A DNA stretch of 64,000 nucleotides from Nemertoderma westbladi (GCA_032718475.1 JAUCBJ010002155.1:23211-87210); one strand, 5' to 3'; numbered from the stretch's first letter, positions 25,268-39,073 are shown. Program-made: numbers and translations. Notes: generated by a model not told the origin, from the sequence alone.

Positions 25268-26091
25268 CCGTTGACGCAAATTATAGAGACGTAGTCGATG
25301 TGACTTGACTGTTTGCTGGTTACCATGGCTACATAGATAAATTGCATTTATTAACAATGAATAACTTTTGTTTGGAAAAAAAAATTGTTATCCTGAATTA
25401 TTTAGATATTGTGATTTTTTTTAAATTCCGTTCCATTGCTCGGCTCTCACCCGTTATTCGCCCACGAGATATTTTGTGCCTCAGTTATGTACATTTTGTA
25501 GAGTATTCTCTATTCTGTATGTATTATTATTTACCTTATGTACATAACTCCAACATATATATTTTTTGTATATTTTTGTTACGTCATTACGTATTATTAT
25601 TACATAAGATACGGATAGATAGATACTGTATGGATGGATACATGTTTATGATAGATACTGTATGGATACATTTTCATGTGATAGATACTGTATAGATACT
25701 GTATGGATACATTTTCATGTGATAGATACACGTATTAATTATTTACTTATATAGCCTTTATTTATTGTGGCAGTGACACATTTTATGGATTGTACTATGG
25801 TCGGTTACTTACGGTGCGATTTACAGATTGCAATTATGCTTGATATAGTGTTATTTGGTTACTCATTGAGTTGTACGTGTTATTCTTTAGTCATACTGGC
25901 TTACGATACATGCAGTACGAAATTTCGATTTAGATATTATTGGCCTTAGGCTAGTTGAATGTATTGTTGGTATCGTGCTTCATATACAGTATCTATACTG
26001 CCGTTGAGGTAGACTTTACTTGTCGATGTAGTCATTAGACTTGGGGTTTGTAGTTTGTGCGTTCTAGAAACTCGTGGGCGAGTTTTTTTTT

Positions 26092-26103
26092 AAGAAGGGG
26101 GGA
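26092..26103 (+). promoter_or_regulatory. Polypurine tract
   Basis: AAGAAGGGGGGA directly before the 3' LTR. Confidence 0.9.
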
Positions 26104-26514
26104 TGTGATATTGTATTATGGGATGGTGTATAATTGGACTGATTAGTATGTATTGTATAGGTTAAGTAGGTATGATATAGTAGTATCTTGTTAGCACCTA
26201 GGGTGTGAACAGCTGGTTGTACGGTAGCTGTCACGGATATAGTCCTGGGGGCAGGGCGCAGTCAGTAGTTATCATTCAGTTTAGTTATTGAGATGACTTA
26301 CCGGTGTAGGGTTGTCAGTCATGTTTTGTAGGTAGTTCGTTATTAGTTTCATTGTCTGATTGTATCATATCATTATTTGTTATTCATGTATCTCGATACA
26401 CAATATACTGATATACTGCACGCCTAGTTTCACTTCAGTCTTCTCCAGCTCACCCCTCGAGCGGGATAGTGCGTGGCCGTGGATCCGGGACCGGGCGCCG
26501 ATAGCGCTTCCACA
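26104..26514 (+). repeat. 3' LTR
   Basis: Direct repeat of 15652-16068, followed by the TSD AACT. Confidence 0.95.
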
Positions 26515-26921
26515 AACTGAGTTTTGGATATTATCTTTGTAATACTCATTGAATAGTAACCACTTCCTCTCGTCTCCATTAAATTTCACCACCTCTCCTA
26601 CTGACACCACTTGCCTCGCTTCTGATCGCGCCATCTGCCGGGTGAAACACTCTCTTGAGCCAATGTACTATTAAATAGAGGGCTATCAGAATAGGGAGCA
26701 GGATGAGTCACGTGGGGAATACTTTGAGCAGACGAACGACTTAGTGGTTGGTTCGGGGATCCAATATAAGGTTAAGCAGAATCATAATAAGTCATGTCCT
26801 TTAGGGATATGGATCAATTAACTCTAACAGAAATACGCAGTTGGAGGGATATGCAGTTTGGGGTACCCACACAGCCATTGGATTTTTATACTGTATGAAA
26901 CTCGCTGGTTTCAGTAGTGGC

Positions 26922-27107
26922 GGCCTCAACCCTAATTTAAACTGTCATGTAACCCTAACCCTAAGTCATAATCTAATTTATTATTAATTATTACCATTAA
27001 GGGCCGTTCTAGGGATTTAATGGCAATAATGTCAGAAATGCCGTTAAATTTCTTAGATTATGACTTAGGGTTACAGTTACATGACAGTTTTAATTATGGT
27101 TGAGGCC
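26922..27107. repeat. Hairpin/MITE-like inverted repeat with ~55-bp arms
   Basis: ggcctcaaccctaatttaaactgtcatgtaaccctaaccctaagtcataatctaa (26922-26976) is inverted at 27053-27107. Confidence 0.8.
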
Positions 27108-27944
27108 TGACCAACTAACCCTAACCAAAATAATAAACCAAACTATCTTCACAAGAAATAAGAATAAATGGTTATGATAGGTTAATTGATCAAACCCGGC
27201 CCGGTTTGAACCCGGCCCGGTTAATCGGTCGTTTACTATTCCCGACAGCCCGAAGTATTTATTTTGGGTATAACGAGTTTGGGTTTGGGGGGCCTCCACA
27301 TACTGCAGTACTGGCATAATATAAGTAAAGTAACACACGTCATAAACCATTTGGGGAAAGGAGTAAGGTTACAGCAGTACAGAGGCGGGCTTTTCTAACC
27401 AAAACAATAAACGGCCACTCTCCGACTCTATCCAATCACCAATTGGGGTAAAGGAGCAGGTTACAGAAGCGTAGCGTAGCGTACTCTACCTTACCTGTAC
27501 TGTCAGACTGTTGGTACTTAGCACACTCTGACCTGCTGACACTGTATGTCAGTATGTAGGCTATATTGTACTGTTACTGCCAAACTGCAGCCCTGAAACA
27601 CGTTTTGTTTTATATACCGGTAGTACTTTTCGGTTTTAGCTGTACAGTAAGTATTAAGGTATATTAAAGAATTACAGTATTACAGTACCGGTATTAAAGT
27701 ACTTTACTCTAATCTCCACTGTAAGTCAGTAAGTGCCGTGCAGCCGTGAACCTTGCACCGTGTGGTGGTCTCCCTCAAAAACTGTTTTTTAACGACTGAA
27801 CGATTACATGGATTAGGCCTAGCATTGCAGCATTGTTAACTCATTAGGCCCCCCTATCTGCTGATCTCCCTTTCGATTATCTGTTTATTATTGTAGGCCT
27901 ATTATAATTTATTTGCGGCGTTGCCATAGAGCAGTGCGGCAGCG

Positions 27945-28310
27945 ATGGCTTCTCGTACTCTTATGCTCGTTATGAATCGACCTATTTGCTTAAGAAATGG
28001 TATTCGAAATCGATATTATTCCGAGGGCCAGACGCGGCGAGGAGAGGAGCTGAAAGTTCCACTGAAGCACGGATTCCCCATCAGTAAGGGATTGCAGAGA
28101 ATATTCGATATCCGAGAGAAATATGGAAAGAATCAATATGAAGAGGAAGACACATTCGATATAACCCCGGGACGAGTTATAAGGAATTACATTGCGATCG
28201 TCCTTATCATCTTGGCTTTCTGTCCGACCGCATACCTATACTTCATGAACGCTAGCTACATGTGTAAGGAAGTACCGAAAGATAATTTCTTCAAATCTTA
28301 CTTGGGATAG
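27945..28310 (+). CDS. Small single-pass membrane protein, possibly mitochondrial
   Basis: 121 aa with an Arg-rich, acid-free N-terminus (...RNRYYS), one TM segment (YIAIVLIILAFCPTAYLYFM), an upstream acceptor ttattgTAG and AATAAA at about 28375. No family recognised. Confidence 0.5.
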   Translation: MASRTLMLVMNRPICLRNGIRNRYYSEGQTRRGEELKVPLKHGFPISKGLQRIFDIREKYGKNQYEEEDTFDITPGRVIRNYIAIVLIILAFCPTAYLYFMNASYMCKEVPKDNFFKSYLG

Positions 28311-31300
28311 TCCAGTCCACGGATTGTGTTTGATTGTTTCACGCGCTAATGCGATGTTCTGTGTTGCTATAGTAAATAAATTGTAAAATATTGACGGAAT
28401 AGTGTCTGTAGCTGTTAGTGTAAACCAATGTAGTTGAGTTCTATTTAGTAACACTTTCCAGGTTCACGACTACAGTAGTAAGTCTATGTACCGATCGAGC
28501 ACAACGAGCAAGGTTTACATACGGAAACGAGTACCGGTATTCGTAACGCTGTAAAGTGAGTTTTTCATACAATGATGCAACGTTTGGTTACATTGTGTCA
28601 AATTATCGTCCTGAATTTGATCATTTTAATAATGTCCTGTTTAATGATATTGGTTGAGGAATTATTTAAATTAATCGCAGCTACTACAAAATCTAGGAGT
28701 TAATAGTTCTAGGAGTATACATTAATTTTCATGTAATGAGATATTATATATAAGCCGTAAGAGGAAAAGTTGCTGATAGATAGATAGTTGCATAACACTG
28801 ATGGATAACTTGACATAATCTAACAATAGAGTACCAGTACTGTTGCAACAAATATATATAGATATATTCCAAAATCGCATCATTATGAAACGATTGCTGA
28901 TGAAAAACTGACAAATTTAAATTATATGTGGTGAAATTACTCAAATTTTTAATAACGGCCCATTTTTTATTTACTGACCGGTCAGTAAACTGTATTACTC
29001 ATCATTGAGTGTAAAATATATATAATAAATAAATATACACATTATAATATATATATATATATAATGAAATAAAATTAAATCCAGTGTGACTTGGTGGAGA
29101 GTTGTCAGCTGGTTGTCTGTAGAATGTGGTTGGTGTTGAATTCTAATTTCCTCATTTCATAAAATCTGCCAATTTTAACTAACAAACGAGGACGTTTATT
29201 GGACCGTTAGGTTACTTGTAACCATGACAACTTTAGATTGATTCCAAGTTTGTACCTTTATGTGTTATAATAACAAAGTTGAGTAATGTAAAAATTTTGG
29301 AATAAAGGTAATATTCATAAAATAATACCCTATGTAATTGGCGATAATGATACATCTTTATCTCTCATTTACAAACTTATCTCTCTAGTTATAATAACAA
29401 TATTTTTATTATTTATACCTGTAGCGTGTGTAGCCAGGAAATATAATATACAAGAAAGTGTTATATTAATATATAGTCGTAGTTACTCGTCCCATTTGTT
29501 CTTGGTCCTGGCGGTAGTGGGTTCGAGTCCCGCAACCGCGCCATAGGGGAGTAAAATATTCGGATTTGGTGAAAAAATAAGTCTGTTTCATTAATGCCGA
29601 AAATATTACTGATATTTTCAAATCTATTTTTTCGTTTTCGAGATATTGCGTTTTTTCGTACTTTTCATACCAGAACAAAATAGACATACTAGAACACATT
29701 TTTTTCTAGAACATTTTTTGGAAAAAAAACCATACTACTGTCAGAAAAAAAACGTCAAACAATGGGTACCCAAGGTGTAGTAATGCCCGTATTTCACTAT
29801 GGACGAATCTTCGATGGACGATATTTATGCTGAAATCGGCCCAGATAAAAGTGAGAGAAGACTTACTGCAAATAAAACGACGTAAGTGGTGGCAAAAGTA
29901 ACATTTTTTGTCTTGCTTTCTTTTTTGTCTCGCTACGCGCGCCAAATAATAACTCTCGACAAAAAAAGCCAACTTTTTTTGCCACCACTTAAATAGTTAA
30001 ATAAATTTAGCATTAAAATGTTTAGTTGTATGACCTTTTTCTAATGTAGCCACAGTAGTTTAATAAAATATTTTAATCAAAATGTGCCGATCCAATCACT
30101 CAAGCATGCTTTCCACCAAGCCGAGAGAGAAACAAAGCTACTACTACTACTATAATCCGCCCATGTGAAAAATACCAGGATTTCACTTTTCGGTCGACTT
30201 TTTATTGGAATTTTATATAGGAAGATTTTTATTTTTTTAAATTTAACTTTATTAAGTGTTTTATATCGCTTATTTCTGTCTTATAACCTTTACAAATACT
30301 AATTCGTTTATTGTTTTGGTTAGATTCAGCCCTTCTGTAACCTATGTTTTTGGTGAAAACATGGTATTCTTCACATGGGGGTAACTGCAAAGTGAAATAT
30401 ATCAAAGTCTGGTATTCTTCACATGGGCCCTATACAGTAATTGGTCAGCTGCATTGAAACCGCATATATTGAGATTCTATGTCGGCCTAACAAAAACATT
30501 TTGTCCACACCAAGTGATCCACAATTGGCAAGCACAATGTAGCGTGCGTTAAGAATACTATGCCGGCTTATCAACAAAGTTGCACCACCTCAACTCCCTA
30601 TCCCCGATGACTTTCGTGAGATTATCCACATCTTCAAGGCCAGTGTCCTTAAGGAGGAGTCACGCGAAAGTCATGGGCTGGCCACCATACCTTTTTTCAC
30701 CATTGGGCTGCCAAAGTACAAGATTGTGCACAGGCTGGTCCTCACGGCGAAAACAATGTCCTGCAGGCTGGGGTCGGCCTTCACCGTCAGTATGAAAATA
30801 ATGCGCGGGAAAGAACATGACCAGGGGTCGAACCAGTGACCTACTGTATGAATCCGCTCACCTGCAGCCCCCAGATTTAATAGTTTCATCCGATTGGGTA
30901 AGTAAGATCGCATTTTAAACATAATATAAAACAGTTTTCCCTTTTTTGAACCGTATCAGATCCTTTTCTTTTTTTAAAAATCAATTCCATTTTTTACTCG
31001 ATTTTTTGGGCTGGGAGGGCTGTGAGTTATTATTCAGTAACAAACTAAGAAGTAAATTACGGCTATTGTTGAAAATTCAAATACTCACAGCATCGGTGAT
31101 AACAGCACGATACCATTTACAAATTATATATTTGTGTGTCATGAGCCATACAACAGGCCTTACAGAAAAGTAGTAATTCCAAGTAAAATTTTGGAAATTG
31201 TGTCCCATCCGTATTTTTCCTTATTCAGATTACTTTTTAACGAAACTTCACTTCTCCGGAGTGGAGGGGGGGGGGGGGGGGGGGTGGGGGGTCTATGTGT

Positions 31301-31744
31301 TGTGTTGCCTGCGCACGAAGTGACAACACAATGGCGTGAGCGCTATTTCCACAGATTTGACGAGAGTGTGGAAATTTGTGATTTTACCCATTTTCTGTCA
31401 TGGGTGGGACATGGGTTTTGACCCATGTAATACATGAAACGTACATAAACAACAAATTTTGGAAACATTGCATATAGGCCCCTAGAAATAATTGATATTA
31501 CCCCGCGCCATTTAATATTGCAGGAAATTTAACCTACTGTATATTTGGGAGTTACTTGGGAGGTTGTGGCACTTACACCATTTATATATTAACGATCTTA
31601 GTTTACCTATAGTCGCGAATATTTTGCTAATTATTTTCTCGCCATTATTCTCGGGGTTTCACGAGAAAAATAGCAAGATTTTTTATTGTTAGAGAGGCTG
31701 TGGAAGAAAAAGCCCACTGAAAGAATTAATATTTAGTGTGTTAC

Positions 31745-31958
31745 ATATTCTGCCCCGTAGCTTTTGAGACCTTTGGATGGCTGGATGGCGGTATTCCTGA
31801 AGGAGATCGGACGCAGACTCTGTTCTACAACCTCGGAACCAATGTCTCACCAGTTTCTCCTTCAGCGCCTTGTTATCGCCATCCTCATTGGCAATGCCGC
31901 TTCCATCCTTGGTACAATGGACCCTTCTGCCGATGGCCTGTACGACATCCTAGAGTAG
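31745..31958 (+). pseudogene. CRE-clade non-LTR retrotransposon 3' fragment (restriction-like endonuclease)
   Basis: FCPVAFETFG...FLKEIGRRL...FLLQRLVIAILIGNAASILGT across a frameshift. Confidence 0.7.
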
Positions 31959-34519
31959 TATTTTATTTCAGTAATTATACATACAGTACAACTGTACTAT
32001 TTTATTTATTTTTTTTTTACTTTTTATTTATTAATTCATTTTACATTTCCCACCGTAGTTAATCTTCTGCTGGATTGTTTTCTCTTTCTACTTTTTACTT
32101 AATATTCACCAGGTCACACTACATTATAATAACATAACATTTATTTACAGTATTTCCATAGGTATCAAATTTTTTAGCGATTTTAATGACTTTAATCCCT
32201 GCCATAACACCATAACAGTATTTTTATTTTCCAGTAATAATACTTTAATAGTAATTTTAATATTGATCTTTGAACATGTAAATAGGTTTAATAATAGGAC
32301 AACTTTTAAGAGTATTTCAAAAATTTTACTGTTTTATCACTTTAATTCGTCAGGAACTATCTGTCTGTGACATGAATTATACATTGCCTTAATTTACTTT
32401 CAATTATATTAGTTGCTGTATAGTTAGTGTGTTCAATAAATATTTGCATGGCAGAAAATTCTCACCGTAACTCTCTGTATCGCGAACAATAAAAATATCT
32501 TAATTATATTATTAATATCGAATATTTAATTTATCAGAAACTTAAATCACAATATTCAGGCATCATAAATCAAACAAACTGTATAGTTGTTGTTCCTACT
32601 GAATGTTTAATGTACCTAGTACCTACAAATAATTTCCGATACGAAAGGGCTAATCAATTTATGCCGTCATAGAGAAAGTAGTTGCAAATTAATATTACTA
32701 AACTAATTAAATTGAATCACAATAGGTTATTATTAATACACTTCAATAGTGACAGATACCTGAGTTTAATTATTTATTACAGTAATAATAATTATGCGCT
32801 GATTAAAAACAAATCAGTTGGAAAAAAAGCTAAGTGAGATTTTACAGACATCAATCATAGTGTGGTGTGTGTGAACTACTATAATCGGTCACTAAATAAG
32901 TATACTGTAAGAAGTGAAACAACAAAACTACTATAACTTTAAATTGGGATCTTAAATAAATACCCAAGAGGCACGAATGATACGGCTCTATCTGTAGAGT
33001 CCAGTAATAATTTGTGGTTGATATCGCAAAGTGCTGCACAGCCAGCCAGTTAGTGACTGTCTGGGAGAGATTGGCGAGTCAGTGTAGCTAAAAAATGGGG
33101 TCAACCCATAACAAATTTGCAATTCATCCAAACCAATTTTTTTTTATTCTATATTACCTTGTTAATACCCCCAAAGAAGTCTATAAAAATATATTATGCG
33201 GATCACCTTCAATTTCCTGTTTCTTTCCTTAGCAACATGGATTTTACATAGCAACAAGGGTTCTATTGGTGGGATTTTCTCCAAATTTGGTACAGACAAA
33301 CTTTAACTCTAATGCCTATCGATTGACTGAAGTATGCACTTCTATATAGTTACCAATTTAGATTCCAGAACAACAGAATATTGTCTAATCATTTAACCAT
33401 TTTTAATACCAATTTTGCTGGTACAATATAAATAATCATAAATATAAATAAATATAAATCTTACTTACACAACTTCTCTACTAAACGGGTGGATGTGTAA
33501 CCTCGCTCATCGGATTTATCGACCTCAAAAACCCTTATCCCCAAAAAATTTATTTGTTATATTATAAACTATTGTGGTTTCTAAACTAAAACAAATAAAT
33601 AAATTAAAATTTAAAATCAATAGAGGAATCACAATTTTATTATGTGAAAATTATTCGCATAATAATGGAAATTTTAAAATATTAATGGAAAAATATTAAT
33701 GGAAATTATGAAATTTCCTTGCAGTGGAATTGTATAATTTTTTACATTAATTAATATTCGTGAAATTTTTTTAAAATTTGGATGCGACTTCTAGTTTCCG
33801 AGATATAGCAATAAATGTGTAACCCGCCAGTATAAATATTACTAATTTCCCATTAAATCACAACTTATGGTAAATTACTTAAATTATTCTGGAACATCAC
33901 CAATTTGATACTTACTAACTACTGTTTCCTACTGTTGCATTTTGTTTGGCTTGTTTTATGCAAATTTGCGCAGAATTTCCTTGAATAAACATAATATGAT
34001 CCGCAAAATTAAATTTTATAGACTTTTTTGGTCATTAACGAGGTAAATATAGAATCAAAAATATGTGGTTCGGGTTGAACCACAATAATTTCTTATGGGT
34101 TTTTTACCAGATTGACTCGACTATTATAGCAGTATGGTGTAAGAAATTGAAACCCGGTCCAACTGTAAACAAGCATCGATATATTTATTAAATTGATGTA
34201 ATATAATTATATTATAACGATTAATATAATGTAAAGGTTTAATTAATAATAATTTTTGATCTGATTTCAGACTATCTAGAAAGCAAACCATTCTGTGTCC
34301 TCCTTACCAACGTCGTATTCAACTCAACTTCATGGAAAAATATTTCTATAAAAAAGGTTGGCCCACAATTTAAAACATTCCCGAAATCAACTTAAATTTA
34401 TTAAATATTCTAACATTGCTGTTACAGTGCGGGATTGCGCTGTAAACCAGAAAATTCATACGGAAATTTAATATAATTGGTCGCAAAAATCTATGAGTGA
34501 GAATCCGAGAGCTACAAAG

Positions 34520-35710
34520 TTACAAAGATAATTGGTAGGAGTGGAGGGATTGCCATTCCTCTAGGAAGTTCATCAGAGGATCAACGCAGCTCCGAACCAC
34601 GGGAATGGATCTAACGCACTTCTGTAGCTTATCGACAATTTGGGATTTAGTAAATTCGTCGTAGAAAGGCGATCGTAATAGATAAAGGAAGGGGTGGCGG
34701 AATCGTCTCTGGAGTTCGTGTTGCTCCCGTAAATTATAGCCATCGTGAAAACCAAATAATAAAATACTAACAATATCCACTGCCATGGAGAGTTTATACG
34801 TCGCCCAAGAATTAGAACCCAAAGCAGCGGAACAAGCGAGATTTATCACCGGTCTTAGCGAATGGAGGGTCTCGCCTAATTGATTAATGTGATTAAGCCG
34901 CGTGGACGGTGCGAGAAAACCGTTGAGTCTATCCAGTCGGGATTTACAGTGGAGGTAATCCGAGCGTGGCGACCCGAACTGACCCGAGAGGCATTGCGCG
35001 GACTGAGAGCGCGACACCACCCGGCCTTCCGTGCCGTCGACGACCTCCCATGTAGTAGCGACGGTGCGGTCCAGTTCGTTTCGTTTATCTATAAGTTCTA
35101 ACCGCATATCTGGATGGGAGAGCAACGGGTCGCTAGGGATAATTCCCGAATCGCAACATGTTTGTAAATAAAGTCGCAGTAAACATTTAACTACCTGGAT
35201 AACGACAACGATAATCCAACGACTGGTCTCACCGCCGCGACTCAAACAACCTAATTCTAGAATCACTTCAAAGTATTCTAGAACCGTCAACCACGTTCGT
35301 ACGCGTTTGCTATTGGCCGTAAGAGGTGTGGCGAGTTTAACGGACGCGTTTCGGTACTTGTGAGCCATTAACGCGGTCCATAAAGATAGCGAATTAGAAA
35401 CGGTAAAAAGTAATTCGGATAATATAATGTAACGACCGCGTAACGCGTAGGACATTATCTGCAGGAGCGATTCGGTTCGTTTTATCGCGTCGATATTGTT
35501 CAGCAGAACTTTCTCCAATTGTTTCCAGTCGCGCAATGGAAACATAGTAAGGATTATTTTGACGACTCGGTTGTTAGTGTTCATCTCTGGTTGGTTGTCC
35601 GACATCCGTTTCCTTGTCCAACCCGTGGCTTCCTCGAGCGGTCTTCCAGTATTAGGCCTATTATTAGAACCAGAAGAAGCCGGACCTATGCCAGTATCTG
35701 CATCATCCAT
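34520..35710 (-). CDS. PEX16: Peroxisomal membrane biogenesis protein PEX16
   Basis: Single-exon ORF with ESLLQIMSYALRGR..LSELLFTVSN, WLTVLEYFEVILEL....GETSRWIIVVVIQVVKCLLR, GETLHSLRP and EL.RR....LYLLRSPFYDEFTK, all PEX16 hallmarks. First ATG at 35710; a downstream start is possible. Confidence 0.92.
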   Translation of the reverse strand: MDDADTGIGPASSGSNNRPNTGRPLEEATGWTRKRMSDNQPEMNTNNRVVKIILTMFPLRDWKQLEKVLLNNIDAIKRTESLLQIMSYALRGRYIILSELLFTVSNSLSLWTALMAHKYRNASVKLATPLTANSKRVRTWLTVLEYFEVILELGCLSRGGETSRWIIVVVIQVVKCLLRLYLQTCCDSGIIPSDPLLSHPDMRLELIDKRNELDRTVATTWEVVDGTEGRVVSRSQSAQCLSGQFGSPRSDYLHCKSRLDRLNGFLAPSTRLNHINQLGETLHSLRPVINLACSAALGSNSWATYKLSMAVDIVSILLFGFHDGYNLREQHELQRRFRHPFLYLLRSPFYDEFTKSQIVDKLQKCVRSIPVVRSCVDPLMNFLEEWQSLHSYQLSL

Positions 35711-36030
35711 TATCAATACTGCAATAAATAACTTATTACTTGATCAATGCAGAATGTATGTAGGCTTACATTATACTGTTATATCCTGACCTGAATCCTG
35801 TTATCCAGATGCTACTGATATCTACGGTTAATGCATCATGCAGTAATGACAGAGTGACGGACTCCAGTCACGCTACAGGCTTTGCACTGTATGGGAATTA
35901 AATAGGCAGCGCAGCGTAAATAACAGACGGACACAATAAGACAGAGGGGGGGGGGGGGGGGGGGGGGGGTGGTAGGGAGGGGAGGGGGGTGGGGGGAGAC
36001 TTTCGACGCAAACAAAATTCATCCCTCACC

Positions 36031-36454
36031 TACGGTGGCTGATTAAGGCCTATTATTTCCATTTTTTTAATTATTTTAACCCGGGTGAAAAACATTTATC
36101 ACCCGGGTGAAAAACATCAGAACTCTGAACACATGTAGTGAGTTTCCTTATAAATAATATCGAAAGCTCATTTTGATCCAGATTCACTCTTGGCGAATTA
36201 ATATCTCGACCAATCTTATTAATCAATTTAGGGAAAGGATCAGGTTACAGTGGCATGTTATTCTAACCAAAACAATAAACGAAAGTCAATAGTTAAACAT
36301 TCAAATATTTTTCACCCGGGTGATAAATTTTTTTCACCCGGGTGATAAATGTTTTCACCCGGGTGATAAATGTTTTCACCTGGGTGATAAATTTTTTCCC
36401 CCGGGTGAAAAATATTTAAAAAATGGAAATAATTGGCCGCAATCAGCCACCGTA
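36031..36454. mobile_element. IS3EU-family MITE
   Basis: TIRs TACGGTGGCTGATT...AATCAGCCACCGTA, 6-bp TSD CTCACC (36025-36030, 36455-36460), and CACCCGGGTGA subterminal repeats as in 11723-13978. Confidence 0.88.
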
Positions 36455-37975
36455 CTCACCAGGGGAAAATCGACGCAAATAACAGATGATTACTCCAAAT
36501 ATAAAACCTTTATCCTGTTCTATTGACTTTAGTTTTTTGTTTTGGTTAGAAATAATGTGCCTCTTTAAAACCTACCCATTTCCATAAATTGCCAATTTAA
36601 CATTGAGGCGTAATATGAATTCGCCGAGATGGAATTTGCGTGTAATTATGAAAGGTGTGTGGAATTTTCACTCAACGAATATAACTGTGTGGCGAGTGCA
36701 GGTGCTGTGCATGGGTTCGCCAAGCTGACAACCATTATGGAAATGAATAGGTTAACAAAGGTTTACACTACCATATTTTATCGCCGCCGGCAATGGTTTT
36801 CGGCTGTCGATTGTCGGCGTAACGTTCGCCGTAATACTTCGCCTCTTCCGGTGCTAGCTGCTGGGATATGGGGGTTGGAATGCTCTGCACCATGTTACAG
36901 TAGGCCTACATACTGCATAATTGCAAACACATTCATTGTTAGTAAAAATATAGAGCATCATCTACAACTGTAATGTACTTTGGATATTGGGAAAAGGCAA
37001 TAACGAGGGATGAATATGATCTGATTAGTACAGTATTATCTGAGTACATTCATAATTTATTAATTCAAAATAAAAATGAAACACATATCATATAATATAC
37101 ACCTTTATCGTATTTATTTAGTACTGTCGGCGAACACTAATTACAAATATTAATGATAACACCCTATATTTAGGCCTATTATATCGAAACCGTAAAGATA
37201 TATTAGTTTCAATACCCATAGTAGCATAATGTGTATAGAATGCTGCAATGTCGCTTGATAACTCGGAAGTTGTCCTCCACTTTTGGATCTATTTTACTCG
37301 TTTGGTCGCTTTGCACATAATTTGCAATGTTTCTGTAAATAACCAATAGAAGTTAACAAAAATATTGTTATACAAGTTGTAAGTTATGTAGTAACTATCA
37401 AGTATCTATTTTATTTTGGCTTCGTAATTTAACACGGTCTAAGGGCATCTCTCTAATTCTATACAATAATTTGTCTTCCACAATAAATAGCGAGGGTGTG
37501 GGGGTCTAATTGTAGTGACCGTACGAAATATGTAACTGTACGACATTTCTCCCTATTTTAAATTCATGTCTCGTTTTCTAATTGTATAAATTCACTTTAT
37601 AATCAGTATAGTTAGTGTTTTAATAAGATGAACATTTTTTATTTATTTTATATTCAGTACAATGTTCGTATTCGTTAGTAAAGATAATTTTGATGTTTAC
37701 AGTTATATTAAATCTCAAAAAAAGGTTATTTATTTTGCAATATAAAAATTGTTAATTAAAGTGTATTATTATTATTTTCTAATTTATTAATAGTTTTTAT
37801 AGTAGGCCCTATACAGTAAGTATACTCAACTGTACCTGTTTTCTGTTAAGATTCCTGCGAATGTCAACACCCCAAAGCAAACTAAGTAAACGACCGTTAA
37901 TCGCAGCACTAAAGTCATTATTCCTTCTATTCCAGGGGTTTTCTTTTTAAACCTATAGATTTTATTAGAAAATCA

Positions 37976-38448
37976 ATGGCTTATATCGTAGCGGTAATCG
38001 TGACACGTTCGTAGGGCCTTCGCGCAGCACGACGTATAGATGAGCCTTAGCAGCATAGCGGTATAGTAAACCGTCTGCCCAGGAACTAAGTCAGATTGCA
38101 TCATATCATTTTTAAACACAATTCTAATACAATCAATTGGGTAGTCGGGAGGACAAACTATCTGTTTCAAATGTCAGTCGACTGATATGATTAGTAGGAA
38201 AAACAGTGAGCGGAAGGGGTGGAGGGGGGTGTGCCACTATTATGACACTATTCCAGAGTCAAAGCTGCGAGCCATCAGCGAACTGTTATAATTGTAATAT
38301 GGCCGTTTTCTAAAAGTCCGTGTGTGACGGAAGCCATAATTGTCGGAAGCCAATATATAAACCAGCCATAGTATAATTATAATTGTACGCTAAGATGGCT
38401 TGCAGCTTTTGCTGCACGAAGGCCCCACTCGTGTTCATGAGAAGCCAC
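37976..38448. mobile_element. MITE-like element with diverged TIRs
   Basis: tggctt...cacg...gggccttcgcgcagca versus tgctgcacgaaggcccc..cgtg...aagcca. The same core (gctgcgcgaagg) recurs at about 12871-12905 and 15235-15270. Confidence 0.45.
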
Positions 38449-39029
38449 TATACTCACTCAAAATGTAGATAAACAGTAGAGCAATTTATAAAAATGAAAA
38501 TTAGAATTAAGAAAAATGTATTTGTAGAGAGCGCTTCAAAAGAGTGTTGATCTGTGTTATAAGAATGCTTTACTCCTAAACACTCCAATGATATAGAACC
38601 AAGCCTTGGCCACTGTAAAGCTATCCCCTGACCATTAAAATATAATGAGGTATTGATAAATTCCTAAACCTTGACTACTTTGATCTTATACCATTATATA
38701 TACATAAAATATGTAATGACCTATTATAGACGCACTCGATATACCAACAATATACTGAGTGTTTAAACTCAGTTCGTACTTAGTGATAGTTTCAGCAACG
38801 GTATGGTAGTTTATGACTTACTAGAGTTTAGTTGGGACATACATTTATTATAGGAAGGGATCTAGGGGTCTTAACCTCGAATGATAAGTTTATTTTACCG
38901 AAAATAACTCATCTTTTATTGGCGCAATTGTAGGACTAATCCCATCACATGCGTACTTTTTAACCGGGTAGTGTACAAATTTAGGAAACGCGTAATTTTT
39001 CTTAAAATTAATATCTCATATCTCTCCAA

Positions 39030-39072
39030 ACCACGTACGCGTTTCGACCTTACTGGGTCTCATCAGCGTGGT
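39030..39072 (-). ncRNA. Minimal type I hammerhead ribozyme
   Basis: Minus strand ACCACG-CTGATGA-GACC-CAGTAA-GGTC-GAAA-CGCG-TA-CGTGGT. It has a 6-bp stem I, an intact core, a 4-bp stem II, a palindromic minimal stem III and a GUA cleavage triplet. Confidence 0.88.
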
Positions 39073-39073
39073 G

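Larger units (their letters stand above)
15652..26514 (+). mobile_element. Full-length Ty3/gypsy LTR retrotransposon with a nested insertion
   Basis: LTRs 15652-16068 and 26104-26514 (TG...CA), 4-bp TSD AACT (15648-15651, 26515-26518), PBS, PPT, and domain order gag-PR-RT-RH-IN. Confidence 0.97.

Noticed and set aside
25342-25949. env-like third ORF in the gypsy 3' region
   Set aside because: Short low-complexity AT-rich ORFs with no signal peptide, furin site or fusion-protein pattern.
35946-35997. Poly-G/C runs (about ten in the window) as functional G-quadruplexes
   Set aside because: Scattered homopolymers with no consistent context; lengths may be sequencing-dependent.
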